Shown here piece by piece: positions 33,385-42,141 of a stretch of DNA of 64,000 nucleotides. Under the pieces are notes generated by a model. It was not told the DNA's origin. It worked only from the letters and a program-made list of their open reading frames with translations, and did no database searches. This DNA comes from Marinobacter sp. (GTDB lineage: Bacteria; Pseudomonadota; Gammaproteobacteria; Pseudomonadales; Oleiphilaceae), in assembly GCF_041686475.1 (NCBI RefSeq), contig NZ_JAWLDU010000005.1, positions 16,919-80,918 of the forward strand. The letters run 5' to 3'. Position numbers and translations under genes: made by a program. Positions within the stretch are counted from its first letter, which is position 1. Each line of letters opens with the position of its first letter.

Positions 33385-34011
33385 TTACAGCTTGGTGGTG
33401 CGGAGGTAGGGACGAATCTCATTCCAGCCGTTCGGGAACATTCCCTTGGCATCCTCGTTGGAGATGGAGGGCGGAATGATGACGTCGCCACCCTTGCGCC
33501 AGTCTGCTGGCAGGGCACAGTTGTTTTCATCACCGCACTGCAGGGCATCAATCACCCGCAGGATTTCGTCGAAGTTCCTGCCGACCGCCATGGGGTAGGT
33601 CATGGTCAGGCGGATCTTCTTGTTGGGGTCGATGATAAATACGCTGCGCACGGCGGCGGTTTCGCTTTCACCGGCATGGATCATTTCGTAAAGCTCGGCA
33701 ACCTTGTGGTCGGCATCGGCAACGATAGGAAACTGCAGGTCGCAATTCTGGGTGTCGTTGACGTCGTCAATCCACTTTACGTGCTCTTCGACAGTATCGG
33801 TGGACAGACCCAGAGGCTTCACGTTGCGGGCGTCGAATTCTTTCGCAAGCTGGGCTGTGCGGCCCATTTCAGTGGTGCAGACCGGTGTGAAGTCGGCGGG
33901 GTGACTGAAGAAAAACACCCAGGAATCTCCTGCCCAATCGTGGAAATTGATCTGGCCGGCGGTGCTGTCGATGGTGAAGTTCGGTGCGGTATCGCCAAGT
34001 CTCAAACTCAT
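33385..34011 (-). CDS. 1-Cys peroxiredoxin (Prx6/LsfA type)
   Basis: FSHPADFTPVCTTE and GRNFDEILRVIDALQ motifs; start placed at MSLRLGD (34011). Confidence 0.93.
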   Translation of the reverse strand: MSLRLGDTAPNFTIDSTAGQINFHDWAGDSWVFFFSHPADFTPVCTTEMGRTAQLAKEFDARNVKPLGLSTDTVEEHVKWIDDVNDTQNCDLQFPIVADADHKVAELYEMIHAGESETAAVRSVFIIDPNKKIRLTMTYPMAVGRNFDEILRVIDALQCGDENNCALPADWRKGGDVIIPPSISNEDAKGMFPNGWNEIRPYLRTTKL

Positions 34012-34099
34012 AGTGGATCTCCTTTCGGGTTTTGCGTTGGGAGGCTGCATGCCTCGTCGTGACCAGATAACAATAACCTGATCAGGAGTCTTTATCCAA

Positions 34100-34136
34100 T
34101 ATAGTTATATCTATAGATCAAATAGGTTTAAGTCAT
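34100..34136 (-). promoter_or_regulatory. OxyR/LysR-like operator upstream of the peroxiredoxin
   Basis: Minus strand ATGA-N7-CTAT-N7-ATAG-N7-TATA versus the OxyR consensus ATAG-N7-CTAT-N7-ATAG-N7-CTAT. Confidence 0.5.
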
Positions 34137-34224
34137 GAGGCCTTTACCTGTTGGTCGATCTGAGCGAGCAGTAGCCGATATAATCCGGAGCGGGCCTCAC
34201 GGACTGTTTTGATGGGTAGGCAGC

Positions 34225-34824
34225 ATGGAAAGAAACCACAACGACGCCACTAGCATGGAACAACTGCTGGATCAGATTCGCGAATCGGCAACCGAGGCGG
34301 GGCAGGTGTCGGTCAACGCCATCCTCAATAGCGTGGGAGAGCGCTCATTCGGGCCGGTCGTATTGCTGGCGGGGCTGATTACCATCGCACCGTTGATCGG
34401 TGATATTCCGGGTGTTCCGACAATTCTGGGCCTGGTGGTGTTGCTGACACTGGGGCAATTACTGTTCCAGAGGCATTCCATCTGGCTGCCATCCTGGATT
34501 TCCCGGCGCTCGGTTCCACAGCACAAACTGCTGAAGGGGCTGGACTGGCTGCAGAAACCTGCGCGCTTTCTCGACAGGTGGACAGGACCACGTCTGGTTT
34601 TTCTGGTGGACGGACCGGGGCTTTATGTCATGGCGATCATCTGCATGGCGGTTGCCATGGGGATGCCACTGATGGAGGTGGTGCCGTTCAGCGCCAATGG
34701 CGCCGGTGCAGCGCTGATAGCGTTCGGCCTGGCGATTGTGGCACGGGATGGAGTGCTGGCTATTCTGGCAACATCATTTACGCTGGTGACCGGGTGGTTT
34801 GTGGTCACCAGCCTGGCAGGTTAG
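34225..34824 (+). CDS. ExoD-family membrane protein
   Basis: GERSFG, IPGVPTILG, WLPSW, VPFSAN and ARDG motifs. Confidence 0.85.
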   Translation: MERNHNDATSMEQLLDQIRESATEAGQVSVNAILNSVGERSFGPVVLLAGLITIAPLIGDIPGVPTILGLVVLLTLGQLLFQRHSIWLPSWISRRSVPQHKLLKGLDWLQKPARFLDRWTGPRLVFLVDGPGLYVMAIICMAVAMGMPLMEVVPFSANGAGAALIAFGLAIVARDGVLAILATSFTLVTGWFVVTSLAG

Positions 34825-34831
34825 CCAACCG

Positions 34832-35104
34832 CTATCGGGTGCTGTCTTTCACGTCTTCGAGAAACCTTTTGGTGCGCCCACTGATTTCATCCAGTTGGTC
34901 TGACCACTTCCGCTGGTAACTGCTGAAGGACTCGTCACTCAGCTGCGACAAGCGGGCGCCAGCCTCTGCCAGTGCCCGGCCGTAGTCCTCCATGGCCTGC
35001 CAGAACTCCGCAGCCACTTCCTGGGGTGATTCCGGCTTACTGCAGCCGGCAACGGTCGCCATTAGCAGCGACAGCAGTCCCACCTTCAACCACGCGTAGC
35101 TCAT
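34832..35104 (-). CDS. Short lipoprotein, possibly an internally deleted remnant
   Basis: Lipobox VAGC followed by SKPESPQEVAAEFWQAM and a short helical tail. Confidence 0.5.
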   Translation of the reverse strand: MSYAWLKVGLLSLLMATVAGCSKPESPQEVAAEFWQAMEDYGRALAEAGARLSQLSDESFSSYQRKWSDQLDEISGRTKRFLEDVKDSTR

Positions 35105-35154
35105 CCACTCACCCTCACACCGATGTCGATTCAGCGCGAATCATACTACACCGG

Positions 35155-36825
35155 CTATAGATTGCAGGTCAGTTTTACCAATTCTTCATCAAACACACGG
35201 CGGTTCTCACTGTAGTCCACGGGCACTTCAATCAGGTGTACACCACCTTCGGTCAGGGCATGTTTCAGCGTGGGCCGGAGGTCCTCGGTGCGACTGATAT
35301 GGTGGCCGGTGGCCCCGTAAGCGTCGGCGTATTTCACGAAATCCGGATTGTCGTAATCAAGCCCGAAATTCGTGAACCCTTCCTGGGACTGTTTCCACTT
35401 GATCATGCCGTAGGCATTGTCGTTGATAACCATGATCACCAGGTTCAGTTTCAGCCGCACGGCGGTTTCCAGCTCTTGGCTGTTCATCATGAAGCCGCCG
35501 TCACCGCATACAGCCATCACCTTCAGATGCGGATACAGCATCGCGGCCATCATTGCACTGGGCAGGCCTGCTCCCATGGAAGCGAGGGCGTTATCCAGCA
35601 ACACCGTGTTGTTATCGTAGGCCGGGTAATTACGGGCAAACCAGAGTTTGTACATTCCATTATCCAGGGCGATGATGCCATCTTCCGGCATTTCCTGGCG
35701 GACATCGTGGATAATGCGCTGGGGGATGACCGGAAAGCGGCTGTCATCCACCTTTTCTGCCAGGTGACTGTCAACGGCCGCTTTCACCTCCGTGAAGCGG
35801 CTGAAATCATGTGACGAACACTGGCCACAACGCTCTGCAAGATATTCCACGCTGTTTGCGATGTCCCCGACCACTTCGTGCTGGGGGAAGTACACTGGGT
35901 CCACATCCGCGCCACTGAAGTTCACGTGGATAACCTTTTTACCACCGGGTTTCATGAAAAAGGGTGGCTTCTCAACCAAGTCGTGGCCCACGTTAATGAC
36001 CAAGTCGGCATGGTCGATGGCGCAGTGTACGAAGTCGCCGGACGAAAGCGCAGCGTTACCAAGATAGCGGGCATGGCGCTCATCCACCACGCCCTTGCCC
36101 ATCTGGGTGGTGAAAAATGGAATACCGGTAACATTCACCAGATGAATCAGGGCCTGGGACACCCGTTTGCGGTTGGCGCCGGCACCGATCATGATCAGCG
36201 GATGCCGGGCCTTGCGGATCATCTCGCAGGCGGTATCAAGGCTCTTGGTGCTGGCTGAGGGGCGGCGGGCGTCACTGGGCTGGAAGATATGGGTGTCGGA
36301 TTCCGCTATTTCCGAGGCAATGTCTTCCGGCAACTCCAGATGAACGGCGCCGGGGCGCTCTTCCAAGGCCAGGCGAAACGCCTCCCGCACTTTGGCAGGG
36401 ATAGTGTTGGCATTGCTTATCTGGCGCGTGTACTTGGTGAGTGGACGCATCAGGTCCACCACGTCCAGAATCTGGAACAGGCCCTGTTTCGACGACTTGA
36501 TAGGCTTTTGCCCGGAAATCATCATCATGGGCATGCCGCCAAGCTGGGCGTAGGCAGCTGCGGTTACCAGATTGGTGGCACCGGGGCCAAGCGTTGACAG
36601 GCATACCCCAACCCGGCCGGTCAGCCGCCCGTAGGTGGCAGCCATGAATCCGGCTGCCTGCTCGTGCCGATTGAGCACCAATTCAATATCGGACTCCCTT
36701 ACGGCTTCCAGAAAATCAAGGTTTTCCTCCCCCGGTACCGCGAAGATGTAACGAACACCTTCATTTTCCAGGGCTCGAACAAACAGTTCCGCACCGTTGC
36801 GGCGATCAGTGGCCTGAGCGGTCAT
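35155..36825 (-). CDS. Thiamine-diphosphate enzyme, acetolactate-synthase-large-subunit-like, with no small subunit nearby
   Basis: PGEENL, RHEQAAGFMA, STLGPGATN and the TPP motif GDGGFMMN..NDNAYGMI. Confidence 0.88.
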   Translation of the reverse strand: MTAQATDRRNGAELFVRALENEGVRYIFAVPGEENLDFLEAVRESDIELVLNRHEQAAGFMAATYGRLTGRVGVCLSTLGPGATNLVTAAAYAQLGGMPMMMISGQKPIKSSKQGLFQILDVVDLMRPLTKYTRQISNANTIPAKVREAFRLALEERPGAVHLELPEDIASEIAESDTHIFQPSDARRPSASTKSLDTACEMIRKARHPLIMIGAGANRKRVSQALIHLVNVTGIPFFTTQMGKGVVDERHARYLGNAALSSGDFVHCAIDHADLVINVGHDLVEKPPFFMKPGGKKVIHVNFSGADVDPVYFPQHEVVGDIANSVEYLAERCGQCSSHDFSRFTEVKAAVDSHLAEKVDDSRFPVIPQRIIHDVRQEMPEDGIIALDNGMYKLWFARNYPAYDNNTVLLDNALASMGAGLPSAMMAAMLYPHLKVMAVCGDGGFMMNSQELETAVRLKLNLVIMVINDNAYGMIKWKQSQEGFTNFGLDYDNPDFVKYADAYGATGHHISRTEDLRPTLKHALTEGGVHLIEVPVDYSENRRVFDEELVKLTCNL

Positions 36826-36864
36826 CCTTTCTCCTGTTGCGGATGGATTGACTGAACCTGACTT

Positions 36865-38889
36865 TCAACTTTCCCGCGGGGGTTCTGCCTGCAATGCCTC
36901 GGCGGGCAGCCGGTCACGGCCCCAACTACGATGAACGCGGCCGATCACCCGTTCCAGTTCTTCCTCGCCAACCTCTGCAGGCTCACCCCGCTCAAGGGGG
37001 TCGTAGTGGAAGATATACAGCCTTGAAGCAAACTGCTCAAAAGGCAGAGAGGCCTCACCGAAGCGCTCGCCTTTGCCTGCGGTACTGACCACCACATCGT
37101 CCCCCCAGTTCTGACCGCTGTCGTTATTGGGGTTGAAGAAATACGCCCGCATGACGTCGTCCGGGTCCAGTGTTACGCGAAGGATGGTAATGGCGTGCCA
37201 GCCAATGAATCTTGCGGCACTATCGGTAACGGCTACGCCCGCCGGTTGCGGGTGGATCAATGGCTGGTTGCCGTTGTAATAGGGGTGGTAGCTGGCGTAG
37301 AAATGCCTCAGGAACGTCTCAAGGTCATCCAGCTGGCCGGTTGCCACATCCACATTGATGCGGAAGCCCCGCCCGGCTGACCAGCCATGGAATTCCGGAT
37401 TCACCCATTGATGGGGGTCCCCCTGGCGACCGACACACAGGCGCCCCATCTCTGCATAGATCCGGTCCAGATGCGGAACCACCACCAGCGAAACCGGGTC
37501 AAGATCCAGCGTTACCTCAGAGGCCACGCCGCCCCGGCTGGCCGCCGAGGAAACCGGCTGACCTTCGAAGTGCATGATGATCTCGTTGTCCCGGGCCGCC
37601 CAGGCCACCATCTGCAGCAGGTAATCGGGATCGTTATAGGCCCACATGGACAGAGCCCGTGCCGACTGGCAGGTGGGATTGTTGCCCTGCCCTATACCGA
37701 GGGGCTGGCCCAGCATGTTCAGCACTCCCTGGATCAGCCAGGCCTTGGGCTGTGGCTGATAGCCATAGGCCAGCTGGAGACGTTCTCGCGCCTCGGAACA
37801 GATAGACAAACGGGCCTGTCGCCAGAGTGCCGGCGCCACCGGAGGCTGATAGAGAATCCCCCGCTCCAGTAGCAGCGCCAGGCCATAGAGGCCCTGGGCT
37901 GTTTCCGGGAACACCCCTTCGGCGACCAGCTCATGGACCAGGTCCTTGTAGCACAGGAGGCAATCTCGGCCGGTGCTGGAAAGGCCAAGGGCCTCGGTCA
38001 TCATGGAGTCCTGTTTTTCCAGGATGTACCGCACAAAGGCCGCATGGTAGGGAGACACCAGCCCGGTGTCGTGCATGGAACGGGCGAATCCGGTGGCCTC
38101 ACTCTGTAATGCCCCCGAATCCATGGACTGCAGGCGCTCTTCGTATACCGGAATGCCCGGGTCTTCCCGGCAGGCCTGGGTTGGTCCGTAGAGGCTGGAA
38201 ATCAGGCGCTCGGCACCCTGGCCTGCACCACCAAGGTCCACATTGGGGTCAACCCTGCACAATGCGATCTGGGTAATCATCTGCCGCACGCTGGTCACCT
38301 GTATGGGCCGTTGCTGCAGTATCCGCCAGATTTCTTCTATCAGCTTGTCGATAACATGTTCATAGCCGATTTTTACCGCAATGTGCTGAACCACGGCACG
38401 GCTGACCAGCGCCAGCTTGCCCTGCTCACGTTCAGCCTCACCGGATTCGCCAAACAGCATGTTGAGGTTGATTGCCAGTACCTGGGTCAGGTAATGGTGC
38501 GCCTGTTCCGCCGACACCGACTCATGCAGGTAATCACCACGGGCGACAGCCAGCAGCCGCAGTTCGCTCATGGCCTCGATAATGACTGTATCGGCCTGGG
38601 GACTCTGCAGCGCGAAGGTGGTCAACGACGGCAAAAGAATGGAGGGGTCTGCCCAGTCGGTTCCCCAGAATACGCCGGCTTTCTCAAGCCATTCGGCGCG
38701 CTCCTGGATCGCAAGGCAGCCCCCCGGCTGTAGCAGCACCCGGCGAACGATGTCGAACACCCGGGGCAGCTTTCCGGGTTTTGCGAAAGCACGGCTCTCG
38801 TCGAGAGCCGTTATTGCATCATCCAGTCGCTGCACCAGCTTATCGAAGTTCACAACAGTTGCCGGGTTTTCAGCGTTGGAATTGCTCAA
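36865..38889 (-). CDS. Uncharacterised 674-aa protein with a putative papain-like Cys-His-Asn domain
   Basis: Long ORF with TTG start and GAGG RBS; motifs GQGNNPTCQS, GWHAITI and YFFNP..NWG. Confidence 0.75.
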   Translation of the reverse strand: MSNSNAENPATVVNFDKLVQRLDDAITALDESRAFAKPGKLPRVFDIVRRVLLQPGGCLAIQERAEWLEKAGVFWGTDWADPSILLPSLTTFALQSPQADTVIIEAMSELRLLAVARGDYLHESVSAEQAHHYLTQVLAINLNMLFGESGEAEREQGKLALVSRAVVQHIAVKIGYEHVIDKLIEEIWRILQQRPIQVTSVRQMITQIALCRVDPNVDLGGAGQGAERLISSLYGPTQACREDPGIPVYEERLQSMDSGALQSEATGFARSMHDTGLVSPYHAAFVRYILEKQDSMMTEALGLSSTGRDCLLCYKDLVHELVAEGVFPETAQGLYGLALLLERGILYQPPVAPALWRQARLSICSEARERLQLAYGYQPQPKAWLIQGVLNMLGQPLGIGQGNNPTCQSARALSMWAYNDPDYLLQMVAWAARDNEIIMHFEGQPVSSAASRGGVASEVTLDLDPVSLVVVPHLDRIYAEMGRLCVGRQGDPHQWVNPEFHGWSAGRGFRINVDVATGQLDDLETFLRHFYASYHPYYNGNQPLIHPQPAGVAVTDSAARFIGWHAITILRVTLDPDDVMRAYFFNPNNDSGQNWGDDVVVSTAGKGERFGEASLPFEQFASRLYIFHYDPLERGEPAEVGEEELERVIGRVHRSWGRDRLPAEALQAEPPRES

Positions 38890-38942
38890 ACTGTTTTCCT
38901 CAGGGTCTGCGCCAGACCCGTTGTTGTTAATTCCTTGCGGAA

Positions 38943-40175
38943 TTATACATAGAAATCCAGTTCTTCCTGATGTTTCAGCATATCTCTCATCACATAGGGG
39001 TCTTCACCGAAGAAGTAAATCAGACCCCAGTGCGTGCCAAAGGCAGTACGCTTGGTAACGGTTTCTTCCATCGGTGGCGTCAGTTCATGAGACTCGAAGT
39101 ACTCGTGATTCTCGGTCTCTTCCGGCATTTCCAGCTTGCTGACCACGCGGCGGCGGGGATAAACACCGAAACAACCTGCATAGCCCTTGGCATCCACCAC
39201 CTCTTTCGGGAAGAAGGCCTTGACCTCTTCGTCGGTGGTTTTCGGGTCGAACGTCATGATCAATGCCTGGTAGGCATTGAAACCATAGGCGCGTTCAAGA
39301 AGCTCGAATACCTTGAAGCCCGGCGGCCGGTAAGCCACTTCGCCGAAGTACATGGTGCTGTCACTGGTCACAAAGTACTCGGGGTGAATAAACCCGAACT
39401 CGATATCAAAGGTTTTGATCAGTTTTTCAATCTCACGGGTAATCTGCTCCCGGTATTTCTCGAGATCCGGCGTGGCGGGAACAAAAACCGAGTAGCCAAG
39501 AGTGACGTATTCGGAGATGTTCAGGAACGCAATCTTGCCGTTATGTATCCAGGCTTCAACCGCAAATTCCCAGCCGTCCAGGTGGGATTCCATCAGCACC
39601 GGAAACTCTTCCTCGGGAATGGTATCCACTTCATCCGGCGTGCGGATAACCCGGTGGCCCAGGCAACCGGCCTTGTCGAAAGCTTTCAGGTGGATCGGGT
39701 CGTTGGGGTCGCCGTCAAGCTTCAGCAGTGTCTGGTTAACGCGCTTAAGGAAACGGATAACGTCATCCTTGTCATGGGCTTCCTCAAAGATACCCACACG
39801 AATACCGCCCAACTGGGCACGGCGCTTCATCAGAGCCTTGTCCCGTAACAACATGGACTGGCCGAACAGCTTGGGCTGATCCATCAGTACCGAGTTGATG
39901 GCACCGGCCCACTCCACGGTTTCCTCGAACAGCGGAATGGCCACATCCACACCCATTTCCTTGAGGGTCTGGGCAATCTCCACAGAGCGATCATTCAGGC
40001 GCTCGAAGTTCCAGGGAACGTAGGGAATGTCGTGTTCTTTGCAGTAGGTTTCCGCCCAATCCGGGGCAACCACCACGTAACGGCGGTCGAACTTGTCAGC
40101 GGCTTCCACCGCGTTCAGGCTCCAGCCCAGGAGTGCGACATAGCCTTTATTCGGATCGAACTTGTGCTCGCTCAT
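38943..40175 (-). CDS. ATP-grasp carboxylate-amine ligase (L-amino-acid-ligase-like)
   Basis: RDKALMK, HLKAFDKAGCLG, MESHLDGWEF and HPEYF...GEVAYRPPG motifs. Confidence 0.85.
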   Translation of the reverse strand: MSEHKFDPNKGYVALLGWSLNAVEAADKFDRRYVVVAPDWAETYCKEHDIPYVPWNFERLNDRSVEIAQTLKEMGVDVAIPLFEETVEWAGAINSVLMDQPKLFGQSMLLRDKALMKRRAQLGGIRVGIFEEAHDKDDVIRFLKRVNQTLLKLDGDPNDPIHLKAFDKAGCLGHRVIRTPDEVDTIPEEEFPVLMESHLDGWEFAVEAWIHNGKIAFLNISEYVTLGYSVFVPATPDLEKYREQITREIEKLIKTFDIEFGFIHPEYFVTSDSTMYFGEVAYRPPGFKVFELLERAYGFNAYQALIMTFDPKTTDEEVKAFFPKEVVDAKGYAGCFGVYPRRRVVSKLEMPEETENHEYFESHELTPPMEETVTKRTAFGTHWGLIYFFGEDPYVMRDMLKHQEELDFYV

Positions 40176-40328
40176 ATGCGTTCTCCTTCGTGGGTGTTCT
40201 TAATAACCTAACGTTTCAAGTGCAAATCGCAACCAGACCCAAACCCTGAAACGCAATAAGCGCCGACGGCACAGGTGGTTAAACCAGTGCTGCCGGCGCT
40301 TTTGCCGCGCTTAGATCATTTGGAAATA

Positions 40329-41810
40329 TCACTTCAACCTGAGGGTTGAGAGGGTTCGTTCCCGCACTTTATTGAGTAGTTGCTCATCATCTACCAGCGA
40401 CTGGCCATAGGAAGGAACCATAACTTTCATACGTTCCTGCCATTCCGGGGTCTTTATACGTTCCGGGAAGCAGCGTTCGATCACATCGATCATGGCATGG
40501 GTTGCCGTAGAGGCTCCCGGAGAGGCTCCAAGAAGGGCCGCCAGAGTGCCGTCTTTCGCCGCCACAATCTCGGTTCCGAATTCCAGTTTGCCACCACCAT
40601 CCGGTGACTTCTTGATGATCTGCACCCGTTGGCCGGCATCCTGCAACCGCCAGTCTTCTTCCCTGGCGTCCGGGAAGTAGTTGCGCAGGGACGCCACACG
40701 ATCGCTGTGAGACTGGAACACTTCGCCGATAAGGTAACGGGTCAGATCCATGTTGGTCCTGCTTACCGACAGCATGGGACGAAGGTTGGTGGGGCTCACC
40801 GAGCCGAACAGGTCGAATACAGAGCCCTTCTTGAGGAACCGCGTGGTGAAGCCGGCGAAGGGGCCAAACAGCAGGGCCGGCTCGCCGTTAATGATGCGGG
40901 TATCCAGATGCGGTACCGACATCGGGGGCGCCCCAATGGGCGCCTTGCCATAAACCTTGGAGTTGTGTTGCTCAACGATTTCCGGCTTCTGGCACACCAG
41001 CCACTGACCACTGACCGGGAAACCACCGTAACCCTTGGATTCATCGATATCAGACTTCTGCAGCATTGGCAGCGCACCGCCGCCGGCCCCCAGAAATACA
41101 AAGCCCGCCTCGAGCTTGGTCAGCTCGCCGGTTTTCTGGTTCTTGACACGTACCTTCCAGCGACCGTTGTCACGCTTGGCCAGGAAATGCACCGGGCTGC
41201 TGAGCATCAGCTCGAAATTGGGTGTGGATTCCAGGAACTTGACCATGCTGCGGGTCAGGGATCCGAAGTCCACATCCGAACCGTGCTTGACCCGCGTGGC
41301 GGCCACACGCTGCATCGGATCGCGGTTATTCACTACCAGCGGCATCCAGTCTTCCAGATCCCGCGGGGATTCGGTGTACTCCATCTCGCGGAAGAGGTGA
41401 TGGGCACTGAGCCTCTCGTAACGGCGCTTGAGAAACTTCACCCCGTCTTCACCCCAGACAAAACTCTGGTGCGGTGTGCGGTTGATGAAGGTTCCGGGCT
41501 CCGGCAGGATGCCCTCCTCCACCAGGTGCGACCAGAACTGCAGCGAGACTTCAAACGAGGCATTGATTTTCAGCGCCCGCTCGATCGTGACATCACCATC
41601 TCCGGTTTCCGGCGTGTAATTGAGTTCACAGTAGCCGGCATGCCCGGTACCTGCGTTGTTCCATCCATCGGTGCTTTCATGGGCCACGTGATCGAGACGC
41701 TCCACCATGACGATGTCCAGGGAAGGATCCAGCTGCCTGAGCATCATGCCGAGGGTAGCGCTCATGACGCCACCGCCAACCAGCACTACATCTGCCTGTC
41801 TAACGGCCAT
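40329..41810 (-). CDS. mqo: Malate:quinone oxidoreductase
   Basis: GGGVMSATLG, WNNAGTGH, PPMSVPHLDTR and LLGASPGAST motifs. Confidence 0.97.
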   Translation of the reverse strand: MAVRQADVVLVGGGVMSATLGMMLRQLDPSLDIVMVERLDHVAHESTDGWNNAGTGHAGYCELNYTPETGDGDVTIERALKINASFEVSLQFWSHLVEEGILPEPGTFINRTPHQSFVWGEDGVKFLKRRYERLSAHHLFREMEYTESPRDLEDWMPLVVNNRDPMQRVAATRVKHGSDVDFGSLTRSMVKFLESTPNFELMLSSPVHFLAKRDNGRWKVRVKNQKTGELTKLEAGFVFLGAGGGALPMLQKSDIDESKGYGGFPVSGQWLVCQKPEIVEQHNSKVYGKAPIGAPPMSVPHLDTRIINGEPALLFGPFAGFTTRFLKKGSVFDLFGSVSPTNLRPMLSVSRTNMDLTRYLIGEVFQSHSDRVASLRNYFPDAREEDWRLQDAGQRVQIIKKSPDGGGKLEFGTEIVAAKDGTLAALLGASPGASTATHAMIDVIERCFPERIKTPEWQERMKVMVPSYGQSLVDDEQLLNKVRERTLSTLRLK

Positions 41811-42141
41811 TGGTTTTCACCCTAGCTAGTTTGAAGCCTGCAGCCCGCCCACGATCAGCAGAGGGGCCTTCTGAAGTTGTGGCGCGATTATCCCGTTTTT
41901 TCAACGGATAATAAATTGCGATTATCAATTGACAGTCGGCCAATGCTGGCCCGGAGCAAACGCCGGCGCATGCCTGGCGAGGGACAACACCAGACTTCCT
42001 GTACGAACAGTGGCCGCGAGTGGGTCAAACGTTTAAAATGCGCCCGCCGGGCGTGCTTGCTATCATTCTCGCGCCTGCGGCCCGGGATATCACCGCCACT
42101 TTAGTCTCATACCATGGGGCTTACATCATCAGGGCTACTCT

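Noticed and set aside
40215-40240. Sigma54-like TGG...TTGCA upstream of the ATP-grasp gene
   Set aside because: The GG-to-GC spacing is 9 nt, not the required 10.
41898-41927. Fur-box-like GATAAT...ATTATC upstream of mqo
   Set aside because: The spacing is N8 rather than N7 and it fits a generic LysR ATAA-N7-TTAT site equally well, so it cannot be assigned.
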